From NCBI RefSeq assembly GCF_010671925.1, contig NZ_JAAHIH010000001.1, forward strand, positions 741,053-805,052: a stretch of 64,000 nucleotides of DNA. Direction: 5' to 3'. Of this stretch, positions 43,088 to 54,100 are shown in pieces. Made by a program: the position numbers and the translations under genes. Source of the stretch: Moorena sp. SIOASIH. Lineage in GTDB: Bacteria; Cyanobacteriota; Cyanobacteriia; Cyanobacteriales; Coleofasciculaceae. A model generated the notes under the pieces. It saw only the letters and a program-made list of their open reading frames with translations. It searched no databases and was not told the DNA's origin. Within the stretch, counting starts at the first letter, position 1; each line of letters begins with the position of its first letter.

Positions 43088-43733
43088 CAGGCATCAATTC
43101 CTAAATTGAGTCATTGCGATATAATATACTGTTCATATTACCAGTTTGGTTAACGGTGCTATTAGACCCAGATTTGGCATGACTGCAAGTCAGAGGCTGT
43201 CTCACGTAAGAAACAAAGGTTTCGTCTCCGGGATGAAGCGGCATAGCAGTTTTAACCCCAGTCAAGTATAATAGATATAGGTTGAAATTGGCCAAGGCAC
43301 TCTTAGCTCCGGAGAAAACGGCTAGGCCAGTAGGTTAGTATCGGCGAGTGATACGTAAATCGGAGCAATGTTGAAGAATCAAGAATCAAGAATCAAGAAT
43401 TCAGAAATACCAATTCTAAATTCTAAATTCTCAATTCTTAATTCTCAATGGGGTCGTCCGGGAATTGACTCGGTTGTAGAAGCTACGGGTTTCCGTAGAG
43501 TAAGCAGACCTAGAGGTTCAGCCCTTAACCCTTAGGCTCAATTAATTGGGAGTCTAAGGGCGTTAGTTAGCTAGGGCTACTGAAAACCAACGCGCCTGTT
43601 GCCTGGGCGAAAGCCCCCGTGCTATGCCTGGCGGCAGGCTACGCCAACAGCCCGGGGTAAGCTTACTGCTCATCTTTGCTATGATGTATTAATTCAACTT
43701 AGTCTCAATAGATTGAATACCATAGCATAGATT

Positions 43734-44078
43734 ATGAAAGTCCAAGTATCGGTCGTTTTTACCAATCCCGTGGATTTCGTTAATTTTTCTCATCAGGCAC
43801 TGCCTCGATTTTGCGTCGATCTACCTTTTAAACCTCGCGCTATCCCAGTTGAAGAACTGTTGCCCAACATCCCTATGATTAATAGCAATTTAGACGATTG
43901 GACAACAGACCTGCCCTTCGAGCAAATAGAATACAAGGAAGAAGGAGCAGAGGAATATGCCAAAATGGTAGTAGTAGTGGGAATCCCACAGGATGATATG
44001 CCCTTGTTTGAAGATGTAGTTAAGTCGTATGGGGGAAAGGTTATGCCATCAGAGGGGTTGGATGTAATGGACCTGTAG
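43734..44078 (+). CDS. Hypothetical protein, 114 aa.
   Basis: ORF preceded by a GC-rich structured leader at 43450-43700. Confidence 0.4.
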   Translation: MKVQVSVVFTNPVDFVNFSHQALPRFCVDLPFKPRAIPVEELLPNIPMINSNLDDWTTDLPFEQIEYKEEGAEEYAKMVVVVGIPQDDMPLFEDVVKSYGGKVMPSEGLDVMDL

Positions 44079-44209
44079 TCGAAACCCCATGTCTTACCGA
44101 TAACCTGGCTTGTAGGTCATAGAAATTCCTTGTTAATCTTGATCCAAAATTCAAGACTATCACAAAATATGTTTGAAGGAAAAATAGTCTGGAATACACA
44201 AGGAATGAA

Positions 44210-45403
44210 ATGACCTCTAAGCAGGATAAACCTGAGGTGGCTAAAATCCTCGAACCATTCAAACCCGCATTGGCGGAACATCTGATCAACCCTGATGTTA
44301 TCTTAGACGAGGTACTGGCATGGACTGGCTCTCAGCCTTTTTTGACCCAGAAGCTTTGTCAAGTTATCCTTGACTCTAAATCTCCCATCCCTGTTGGTGA
44401 GGAAGCTCTCAAAGTCGAAGAACTCGTCAAAACTCACTTCGTTGAAAATTGGGAAACTCAGGAAGCCGCTGAACTTCTGCAAGATATTCGTAGTTTCTTG
44501 CTCGAAGAACAATTCCTGCGGCTGTATCAGAAAATTTTGCAGGGAGCCATGATGGCAAATGACAGTTGGGAACAAAAAGTCTTGCTCAACTCCGGTGTGG
44601 TGATTAACCAGGGGGGAAATTTAAAAGTTTCTAACCGTATTTATGAGGCTGTTTTTAATCCCAGCTGGGTAGCTCAAGAGTTAGCACAGTTGACCAGTAC
44701 AGACTATTGGCTGGCATCTGAGTTGACCACAGACGCTACTGATCAAGCCATCGCCATGGCTTTTCCTAACCTACCAATTACCCCAGTTACTCAAGACCAA
44801 GATCTAACAACTGACGAGCCCAAACACCCAGATCTAACAACTGATGAGCCCAAACACCCAGATCTGACAACTGACGAGCCCAACCAATCAACTGTAGTAC
44901 CTTTAGAGCCAGACCAAGCCACAACCTTGGCTACCTCATCAGCTAGCAGAATCCCATCACCCATTAGTTTTTGGGGTGGCTTGATCGCCTTGTTTCTAGT
45001 CATTACCTTTGGTGTATTTCAGTGTACTAGTGCTAGAAGAGCAGACGATCAACTAAAAAACCTTGCTCCTCAGGACATATGCAGACGCCAATTTACTACC
45101 AGAAAAGAACAAATAGAGCAACTTAGAAAGATAAAGAGTCAAAATAAGGCTTTTCCCAAGCTATGTCAGTCAATGTTAGATCAATTGCAGTTTTCCTATG
45201 CTATAGAAGAGCTCGCTAGTCAAGGTGAATTCAAGCAAGCTACTATAAATCTTTGTCAAGTATCAGAGCGTTACTACCAGTTTAAACAAAAATCTCTTCC
45301 ACGTTTTTTCCGTCGATGGGATAGGAATAATGAGAATTATGCTAATTGGTTGAAAAACTATCTAATAAAATATGATTGTCCAGCTGCTAAATATTTGGGG
45401 TAA
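44210..45403 (+). CDS. Hypothetical membrane-anchored protein. Its N-terminal ~160 aa resemble the C-terminal module of AAA-like-domain proteins. It also has three DLTTDEPKHP tandem decapeptides and one TM helix.
   Basis: VLLNSGVVINQGGNLKVSNRIYEAVF is comparable to KLQSMGLVSVHRNQVTLCCNLYRQYF in the ORF at 3795-5129. A 30-nt x3 direct repeat lies at 44797-44886. The hydrophobic stretch is FWGGLIALFLVITFGVF. Confidence 0.5.
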   Translation: MTSKQDKPEVAKILEPFKPALAEHLINPDVILDEVLAWTGSQPFLTQKLCQVILDSKSPIPVGEEALKVEELVKTHFVENWETQEAAELLQDIRSFLLEEQFLRLYQKILQGAMMANDSWEQKVLLNSGVVINQGGNLKVSNRIYEAVFNPSWVAQELAQLTSTDYWLASELTTDATDQAIAMAFPNLPITPVTQDQDLTTDEPKHPDLTTDEPKHPDLTTDEPNQSTVVPLEPDQATTLATSSASRIPSPISFWGGLIALFLVITFGVFQCTSARRADDQLKNLAPQDICRRQFTTRKEQIEQLRKIKSQNKAFPKLCQSMLDQLQFSYAIEELASQGEFKQATINLCQVSERYYQFKQKSLPRFFRRWDRNNENYANWLKNYLIKYDCPAAKYLG

Positions 45404-45589
45404 TCAATTGTTAAATTGTTAAATCAGTAGCAGTGGAAACAGGGAACAGGGAACAGGGAACAGGGAACAGGGAACAGTAAATGTATGTAGTGATTTTTAG
45501 GAAATAGTTAAATAGTATTTATTCAATCAATAAAACTTTATTTTATTTCAGGCTTTTTAAGACTTAGCTATTTACTGATAATCAAGATT

Positions 45590-47167
45590 CTAAGGATTAT
45601 AAAAAACTCCATCGCTACCACTGATTTCTTCTTCCAAAGATACCCTGATTCCTCGACGAGCAATTTCAAAAATAGTTAAGATAAATTCTCCCAATTGAAA
45701 ATATTGGTTTTGACGGTATTGTTTCCTATGGCCTTGTTTGCCACTAATCCGATCATTGATCTGGCTTGCATAATATAAAATTAGGCTCACTAATAGCCAA
45801 CCTAATAAACTCAATAGAGCTGTTACAATGATAATAATCAGCCAGCCTAAAAACTGACACAACACTTGTAGTAATGGATCGTCATATACATCAAGTTCCG
45901 AGTACAACAGAGAACTATTGCTACTAAAGATTCCTAAGGCAATCGTTCCCCAAAATCCACAGAAAAGGTGAACAGGAACCGAACCTACGGGGTCATCAAT
46001 TTTCCAAACTTGTAGAAAATATTCGCCCAAAAGGACAAAAATACCGCTGATCGAGCCAATTATAAATGCACTTCTGATATCTACAAAAGCAGCTGAGGCT
46101 GTAATTCCCACCAACCCACCTAAAATGCCATTGATAATTGAGGCTAGACTGGGTTTTCCCAGGATAATTGGACTAAAAAATACGCTGGATATTCCACCAG
46201 CTGCTGCTGCCATCATGGTAGTTGTGATGGTATTGGCTACATAATCGAGATCCTTTGCTGAGCCACCATTAAAACCAAACCAGCCCAGCCAAAGAATTAA
46301 GCAGCCTAAGGTGGCTAAACCCAGATTATCCGCAGAGAACTTTTCAGTTTCGAGACCTTCATATCTATCTGTTCTTAAATTGTAGCCAAAACGACCTTGT
46401 CGTGGCTTTAGTAGCCAAGCCCCTACCAAGCCAGCCATACCACCAACACTATGGACTACAGTTGAACCCGCAAAATCATGAAATTTTAGCGCCTTGGCTA
46501 GCCAACCATAGTGTCCCCAAACCCAGTGACCGGTTACGGGATAGATAAAACCAACCAGGAAAAAACTAAATAGGAGAAATGCCCAGAATTTTACCCGTTC
46601 AGCAACAGCTCCTGAAACAATAGTCGCTGCAGTTCCAGCAAAGACTAACTGAAATAAAAATAGAGCAGCAAAGGAGCGATTAGACCAATCTTGATTGAGA
46701 CAATTAAATCCTGATTCTGGAAAACCAAGATTTCCAAATTGGGGAAAGGGAAGATTAAAAAACAACCCCTTTTGACCCACTAAACTTAAACTAGTATTTT
46801 CTCCTGGAACACAACTGTAAGTGATGCCATCACCAAACATTAAGCCAAAGCCAATTAGCCAAAATGCTAAGGCTGATATACAGAAAACTATTAAATTTTT
46901 AGCCAAGACATTAGTCGCATTTCTCCGTCTACATAACCCGGCTTCTAACATGGCAAAGCCAGCATTCATAAAAAAGACTAGAAAAGATGAAACTAACAAC
47001 CAGATAGTAGACAGGTTAGTGAAATTATTCGTGTTACTATCTTGTGCTGCTGCTACACCAACCCATCCCAGCAGGATGGTAATAGCCAAAGATAGGCAGA
47101 AGTACCAACGGCTCGGTACCGAGGTGATTTGGTGTTTTAATCTCTTGTACTTATGTCGAGACATCAA
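45590..47167 (-). CDS. amt: Ammonium transporter (Amt family).
   Basis: Translation contains FVFFMNAGFAMLEAGL...and ...LGWFGFNGGS. About 11 TM helices. Confidence 0.88.
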   Translation of the reverse strand: MMSRHKYKRLKHQITSVPSRWYFCLSLAITILLGWVGVAAAQDSNTNNFTNLSTIWLLVSSFLVFFMNAGFAMLEAGLCRRRNATNVLAKNLIVFCISALAFWLIGFGLMFGDGITYSCVPGENTSLSLVGQKGLFFNLPFPQFGNLGFPESGFNCLNQDWSNRSFAALFLFQLVFAGTAATIVSGAVAERVKFWAFLLFSFFLVGFIYPVTGHWVWGHYGWLAKALKFHDFAGSTVVHSVGGMAGLVGAWLLKPRQGRFGYNLRTDRYEGLETEKFSADNLGLATLGCLILWLGWFGFNGGSAKDLDYVANTITTTMMAAAAGGISSVFFSPIILGKPSLASIINGILGGLVGITASAAFVDIRSAFIIGSISGIFVLLGEYFLQVWKIDDPVGSVPVHLFCGFWGTIALGIFSSNSSLLYSELDVYDDPLLQVLCQFLGWLIIIIVTALLSLLGWLLVSLILYYASQINDRISGKQGHRKQYRQNQYFQLGEFILTIFEIARRGIRVSLEEEISGSDGVFYNP

Positions 47168-47325
47168 AGCAAGCTTTCTAGTTTTACAATCGGAGTGTAT
47201 ATCTAACTGGTAAGTAGGTGGACATAATTAAATCACACTATTAAATAACACTGTTAATTGACACTATATTATGTTTCGTTACATCATTAACTGCTTACAT
47301 CCGAGCCTTATAAAAGGACAGAGAT

Positions 47326-49383
47326 TTACGCGAACCTGTTCACAGCAGAAGCTGAGCCATCTTCTAGCTTTGAGTTAAAAGCAAGCTGAGCCTCTGAGTT
47401 CGCTAGTTCTTGAAAATGAATAACTTCTTTACGGGGATCAGCATGACTGACTTTAACGTGTAAGCGATCGCCTAATTGAACCGAACGCTGGAAACGCATG
47501 GGCAATTCTAGACCTAACTCTTCTAGGAGAATGTTGCCTTTATTCTCGTTTTCTCGCCACCAACTGAGTACTAATACTTGCCAAACCTGATTCGGGTTAC
47601 GCCGCAAATATTCCAATCCCCAATATTTGTTGGTATCACGTTCTACTTCACTAGCGTCCTTAGCTGTTCTGGTTACACTCTGCATCGTTTCGAGCAAATG
47701 TTCAGCTTCAAACGGTAGGGGGTCACCCCGTAGATGAGCTTTCAGCTGGAAATGAGTCATTAAGTCAGTGTAGCGGCGGATGGGAGAGGTTACCTGGGTG
47801 TAAGTTTCCAAAGCCAAACTAGCGTGGCGTGTTGGGGTAATGCTCATTTCACTTCTAGGCATACACCGACGCATGGCACAGAACCGCACTGGACCCGCTG
47901 GCAATAGCAGCAGTTCTTCTTGGGAGGGAAGTTCTGGCTGGGGTTGTCCTCGGAATGGTAGGGGAATTTGGTGCAGTTGACCATAGCGTCCAGCCACTTC
48001 ACCTGCCAGAATCATCATTTCTGCCACCATTTGCCGTGATGGTGAATCTTCTAACACCTCAATGGTAATTTGGTCATCATTTCCCACCTTGATTACCGAC
48101 TCTGGCATATGGATGCTAATTGCCCCTTGAGACTTGCGCCACTTTTGCCGACGCACAGCCAAGTTAGCGATCGCAAACAGTTCTGTTTCTGCCTGTACCC
48201 CTAACTGCAACATTTCATCTACATCTTCATAAGTCAGGCGATAGGTGGGTTTAATCAAGCTGGGGTGAATCTGATAGTCATAGATTGCACCATCTTCATC
48301 CAAGATCACGCCAAAACTGAGTGCGCCACAGACTTGACCTTGAACCAAACTCATTGGACCAGTTGCCAGTTCCGATGGGAACATGGGAATCATGCCCGTG
48401 GGTAGATATATGGTGGTACTACGCCGTCGTGCTTCTAGGTCAAGATTATCCCCTGGCATTACCAAGCGGGTTGGGTCAGCGATGTGAATCCACAGACGCT
48501 GAGTGCCATCCTCTAGATCTTCTATACTCAACCCATCATCTATTTCTTGGGTACTTTCATCATCTATGGTGTAGAGTTTCAGATGAGTTAAATCCAAGCG
48601 ATCTGAATCTGGGTCAGTAGGAGGATTTACCAGGTATTGCTGGGTCAATTCAAGTACCTCACGACGAAATTGAGTTGGGATTTTATGACGCAGCAAGTAC
48701 TTCTGGTGAGGACGCCACAAACCCAGATTTACCAACAAATCGAAGGCATTTTCTGGATTTTGATGGCGTTTTAGTGCTTCCAGAGTTTCCTGAACTGCAC
48801 GAGAGGGTTTATCTGGTTCACTAACGAACCGTTCTAGAGCATCAAAGCGAGTGCGATCGCTATCAAGCCACTCTACTTGCTCACCCCCTAGCTTTTGCTG
48901 TACTCGCTTCAAAAATTCTTCTTGTTCCTGGTGCTTTGATTGAGCCGCTGCCAGTTGATGCTTGATTTCAGCCACCATGCTAGCGGAGCGGGGTTCATAG
49001 GTTTGTGCCTTTTGTTTAAAATAGATTTTGTCTTCAAAGAGAATACAGTGTGCAGCATAGCACTGGGGTGGACTTTGCTCAGAAAATAATAACTGTGCCA
49101 TGTCAGCACAGGTAACCGCCTCTCCTTCTTCCACCAGTAATTCCCAGGCTAATTCTAAGCTATCTGGGTCTAGATACGGTTGTACTCGAGCAAGAAACTC
49201 TGGTATTTGTGATGGCTTATAAGTAGAATCCGCCACTGTGTAGGTGACTTGTCGAGGATGGAGCTTGTGCAGTTTCCCCCGTTGATCCAAAGCAATCAAG
49301 TGGTTCTTGCCCTCTGGACGATCGACAACGGCGAGATGGCGTTCTCCTTGTAAGCGAAATTCGATTAGTGTTCCCTTTTCCAC
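47326..49383 (-). CDS. RNase II/RNase R-family 3'-5' exoribonuclease (RNB domain).
   Basis: RNB motif YTIDDESTQEIDDGLS. Length is 685 aa. Confidence 0.85.
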   Translation of the reverse strand: MEKGTLIEFRLQGERHLAVVDRPEGKNHLIALDQRGKLHKLHPRQVTYTVADSTYKPSQIPEFLARVQPYLDPDSLELAWELLVEEGEAVTCADMAQLLFSEQSPPQCYAAHCILFEDKIYFKQKAQTYEPRSASMVAEIKHQLAAAQSKHQEQEEFLKRVQQKLGGEQVEWLDSDRTRFDALERFVSEPDKPSRAVQETLEALKRHQNPENAFDLLVNLGLWRPHQKYLLRHKIPTQFRREVLELTQQYLVNPPTDPDSDRLDLTHLKLYTIDDESTQEIDDGLSIEDLEDGTQRLWIHIADPTRLVMPGDNLDLEARRRSTTIYLPTGMIPMFPSELATGPMSLVQGQVCGALSFGVILDEDGAIYDYQIHPSLIKPTYRLTYEDVDEMLQLGVQAETELFAIANLAVRRQKWRKSQGAISIHMPESVIKVGNDDQITIEVLEDSPSRQMVAEMMILAGEVAGRYGQLHQIPLPFRGQPQPELPSQEELLLLPAGPVRFCAMRRCMPRSEMSITPTRHASLALETYTQVTSPIRRYTDLMTHFQLKAHLRGDPLPFEAEHLLETMQSVTRTAKDASEVERDTNKYWGLEYLRRNPNQVWQVLVLSWWRENENKGNILLEELGLELPMRFQRSVQLGDRLHVKVSHADPRKEVIHFQELANSEAQLAFNSKLEDGSASAVNRFA

Positions 49384-49726
49384 CAGTTCTGATAACCCGG
49401 GTAGCGTTTACCAAATCCACCTCCCCCCAGTCTATCCTGTGTTGTTGAGATACCCAACTCGGCAGAGGGGATCAAGTCTAAAGTCTGAAGTCTGAAGTCT
49501 GAAGTTGTCAGTGGTCAGTGTAACTCCTGGTTGGGTCGCAAGTTTTTAGTTAACCATGTCTTGATGCAGAGCGCGAGTGGGGGAATTCCCCGTGAGGCCA
49601 CTGCATCGCGCGCCTCAGCCATCGATCACCCCATTTCATCCTTCATACTTCATCCTTCATCCTTCTTATTTGATATTTCATTCTTCACACGGGAAATATC
49701 CCAGAGGAAGACCGTGATTGTTCACC

Positions 49727-49942
49727 TTAACCTTCTTTATTAATATAGGGTAGCAAAGCCAAGAATCTTGCTCGCTTAATGGCTGTGGTTAACTTTCGTT
49801 GTTGTTGAGTCGTTAGATTAGTAATGCGGCGCGGTAGGATTTTTCCCCGTTCAGTGATGAACTTGCGCAGCAACTCAACATCTTTATAGTCGATCGGTTC
49901 ATCGGGTTTGATCGGAGAGAGACGTTTACGAAAGTAAGTCAT
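49727..49942 (-). CDS. rpsR: 30S ribosomal protein S18.
   Basis: Translation contains [42 protein letters not shown]. Confidence 0.92.
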   Translation of the reverse strand: MTYFRKRLSPIKPDEPIDYKDVELLRKFITERGKILPRRITNLTTQQQRKLTTAIKRARFLALLPYINKEG

Positions 49943-50084
49943 GATTCGTTTTGATTGGTTATTGGTTATTTTGGTTATGGGTTACTGGTTACTGATTATA
50001 GTCATTTGTTCTTTGTTCCTTGTTCTTTGTCAATAGTCCATTTTCCATTAAAAAATTCAATTCACAAATGACCAAGGACCAAAT

Positions 50085-50279
50085 CTACTTGATTTCTTTG
50101 TGAATTGTGTGCTTGTTGCAATGGGGGCAAAATTTCTTCAGTTCCAGACGTGATGATGTGTTACGGCGATTCTTCCTAGTGGTATAGCGGGAAACACCAG
50201 CCGAACGCTTATTGGAGTTACTGCGACATTCCGTACATTCTAGGGTAATAACGATTCGGACACCTTTCTTACTTGCCAT
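50085..50279 (-). CDS. rpmG: 50S ribosomal protein L33.
   Basis: Translation contains [34 protein letters not shown]...[12 protein letters not shown]. Confidence 0.92.
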   Translation of the reverse strand: MASKKGVRIVITLECTECRSNSNKRSAGVSRYTTRKNRRNTSSRLELKKFCPHCNKHTIHKEIK

Positions 50280-50352
50280 AGTTTTTTTTCTAAGAACTCA
50301 AATATTACAATTAAACACAATTTACTATTATCTCATGGGATGCCCCAGTCTA

Positions 50353-50568
50353 TCAAGTAGATCCAAAATTTCTCAAGTCTCGGGAAAAACCTCCTATTGT
50401 TCCAGACCCAAAACGACTCTCGGCAGACAGGGAGATGTCGGGATCTAGGTTCTGGAACTCTGTTTCAGTCAGATAACCACCAATCGTAAACGCACTGGCT
50501 CCAAAGGGAGTAAAAGCTAGTCCTAGTGCTGACACTCCCAAACTTAATAGTAAATTACGAGTCATCAT
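50353..50568 (-). CDS. Hypothetical small secreted protein, 71 aa.
   Basis: N-terminal signal-peptide-like segment MMTRNLLLSLGVSALGLAFTPFGASA. Confidence 0.3.
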   Translation of the reverse strand: MMTRNLLLSLGVSALGLAFTPFGASAFTIGGYLTETEFQNLDPDISLSAESRFGSGTIGGFSRDLRNFGST

Positions 50569-51166
50569 TATTTCTCTTGCCTATATGGAGTATTGCTTGT
50601 TATTGCAGTAACAACTGATCAAAGTATCCAGACTGAGTGTTTGCGTTCCCGTAGCGGCTCTGAAAGAGCATCGCGTTTGCTTTCTATCGCGTAGCGTGAC
50701 CTTTTGGGCAAAGCCCGACGCTGCGCGAACGGTCAATCCCACAGCTGCTCCGTTGAAGTATCCGATTCAGCAACTATAGCGCTAATTAAAGATTAAGCGG
50801 CTCATAACTATAGCGCTAGTTTATATAACTTCAGTCCAATTAATTCACTATCGAAAATTTCAACAATTTTGGAGATGATAGGATGCTCCTGATCAGCCGC
50901 TTTGGATCAGCATTCCCTGTAGCCCTGGTTAATCTGAATTAACAAAACTTTACATCAATGGCTACCACCTATAGGTGTATAATAACTAAAATTATTCTTT
51001 CGACAAGGAATAATAGTCTCAAGCCATTATCAATCAAACTGATTAGCTGTTACTAGGTTAATCAAAACTAGGTTAATTAATACTAGGTTAATCCATGGCA
51101 AGAAATTGATTAACCTTAAGTGCCTAAGTAAAATCACCCGACCCAGGAGCAGGAGAAACCATTGCC

Positions 51167-54100
51167 ATGGCATTAGATGTCTTGAAACGCTATAACACTC
51201 AGTTATGGTTAGCCCTATGCTTAGCCATTAGTGGAGCGTACGCATTTCCCATAAACCAAGCTAATGCTCAGATTACTCCTGATACCACTTTGCCCACGGG
51301 CGAAAGGTCGGAGCTAGACCTGGGCTCTGGTGAGGTAAATGGGAAAATTGTTGATCTAATTAAAGGAGGAGCAATCCGGGATATCAACTTGTTCCACAGT
51401 TTTTTAGAATTTAATGTTGAAAATGGGCAAAGGGTTTATTTTGCTAATCCAGCTGGGATTGAAAATATTCTGTCTCGGGTAACTGGTGCTAATCCCTCTA
51501 ATATTCTTGGAACCTTGGGTGTCGATGGTGGAGCGAATTTGTTCTTGATTAATCCCAATGGGATTTTCTTTGGGGATAAAGCCAAGCTGGATGTATCTGG
51601 TTCATTTGTGGGCACCACTGCTGATGGGATTGGCTTTGGCAATCAAGGAGTGTTTAGTGCTTCTAATCCAGAGCCTCCTTCGCCATTGCTGACGGTTAAT
51701 CCTAATGTGTTTTTCTTTAATCAAATTCCCGGTAATATTACCAGTCAAGCTAACTTGGAGAAGCTGGCGGTTGATAACCTATTGTTACTTGGTGGTGATG
51801 TTGAGGTTAAAGATAGTAAGATTAGCACCAATCAAGGTGGGAATATTCTGTTAGCGGGATTGGGCGCACCAGGACAAGTAGCATTAACTAGAGACGGTGA
51901 CAAGCTGGGTTTAGGTTTTCCGGATGGCGTCAATAAAGGGAATGTTGTAATTACCAATAGCGCTATAGAAACTTTCGTAGCCAAAGATAGTAATGTTGAT
52001 GGTGGTGAGATTAGGATTATTGCTGATTCTTTGGAAGTAGAAAACTCCGAAAATAAGACAGACCGGGGAATTTTTACTAAAACTGAGAATAATGGTCAGA
52101 AAAGTGGTGATATTAGTATCAGTGCTGATAACTCAGTATTAATTAAGTCTACTGCTAGAGAAAAACGCCAGGGAATCTTTACTACAACAGAGCAAGAAGG
52201 TGGAGAAGGCGGAAAAATCACTATCGATACTGGCTCGTTGACAGTAGAGACGGCTGAAATAGAGCAGGGAATCTTCACCACAACTAAGGGAAATGGTCAG
52301 AAAGGGGGTGATATTATCATCACCGCTGATGACTCAGTTTCTATTATTGCTTCTAATACCGGAAATCAGCATGGAATCTTTACCTTAACAACTAATGCAA
52401 ACGAAGGTGAACTAAAAGGTGGACCAGGAGGAAGCATTCAAATTACTGCTGGCTCCCTGGTGATCGAATCTAGGAGACAAAACCCGGGAATTTCGGCAAT
52501 AACAGGGGGAGATGGTGATAGCGGCAGCATTACCATAGATGTGACTGGGGATGTACTCCTGAAAAGGCAGGGTACCATTAAAACAGAACAACGTAATTCC
52601 AAAACAAAGGGCAGTGTCGGGAATATTTCATTAAAGGTCAATGGCAATGTTACCCTGGCTGATTACAGCAGAATTAAGAGCCAAAATAGCGGTAAGGGAA
52701 CTGGGGGAAAAGTTACGATCTTGGCTGGTGGAGCAGTTGAGGTTAAATACGATAGCAAAATTGAGAGTATCGCTCAAAAAGAAGCTGAAGGAAATAGCGG
52801 GAGCATTGAGATCGAAGCTGATTCCCTATTGCTTGATGCTCGCAAAGATCCCAGCAATCCTGAATCGGAAAGAGGTCTAGTCCAAATTACGACTAAGACC
52901 GAGTCAAAAACTACCGGTGATGGCGGTGACATAAACATCCGTGTTGGGTCCCTGACGATGATTGGACCAAATAAATCCGGTTCTAGTGGTATAACTGCTA
53001 ATACATCAGGAGATGGAAGCGCGGGCAAGATCACAATCATAGTTGAAGGAGACTTCATTATGAAAGATCGAGCCAAAATTGAAGCTAAATCCGAAAAGGG
53101 AGCTACAGGCAATGGTAACGACATAATAATTGAAGCTGGATCACTTTTCTTAAGCAATAGAAGCTTTATCACTACTGAGGCTAGGCCGAACAGTAAGGGA
53201 AATCCGGGAAATATCACGATAACGGCTAAGGATAAGATTGAGCTTAACAACAGCGACATCGAAGCTCTGGTACGTGCTGGAGCGGGAAACCCAGAAACAG
53301 CCAAAAACACTCCAGGAGGCGTTGGCAACATTACCATTACAGCTCGCTCTTTATCTCTTAAAAATGGAGGTAAATTAGAAGCTTTTACTCAGGGCAAACT
53401 CCCAGCAGGTAATATTACAGTCAATGCCACCGATTTTGTGGAAGTTTCTGGAAAAAACGCCAATCGCATAGTTACCGAAACTAGACTAGGAGCTCAGAGT
53501 GTTGGGGACAATGAGCCTAAGGGAGGAAAGATAAATATCACAACTGGTAAATTAACCGTATCAAATGATTCATTTATAAGCACTCGCAGCATCGGTAAAT
53601 TTCAAGGCGGTGAAATCGAAATCAAGGCTAAGGAAGTAGAGGTCACGGAAGGGGGAAAAATTATTTCTACTGCCTTGAATAGTAGTCCCTTTGAGATAGT
53701 AGGCATCACGGAAGGGGGAGAACTTGAGACTAAACCCTTAAGTGAGGATAATGGAGATCCTGGCAATGCTGGCACAATTACGATTAATGCTTCAGAGCAA
53801 GTTATTGTCAGTGGTAGTGCTCCCGACTCCTCCTCAGAACGTATTGCTATTATCAATAATATTCTGGAATCACAAAAGAGGCAACTGGATAACGAAGATA
53901 ATAAACTAAACAGAGAAAACCGTAAACTCATCAAAAAGCTGGATGAACTCCAGGAAAACCAGAATCAACTAACGGAAGCAGACATCAAAAACCTGGAAGA
54001 AGAGATAGAAGAAATTGAGCAAAAAATCCAAGACATAGAAATAAGAAAAAATGAGATAAAACTGGAGATATCCAATGCAGTACTTGTGAGATTTGATGAT

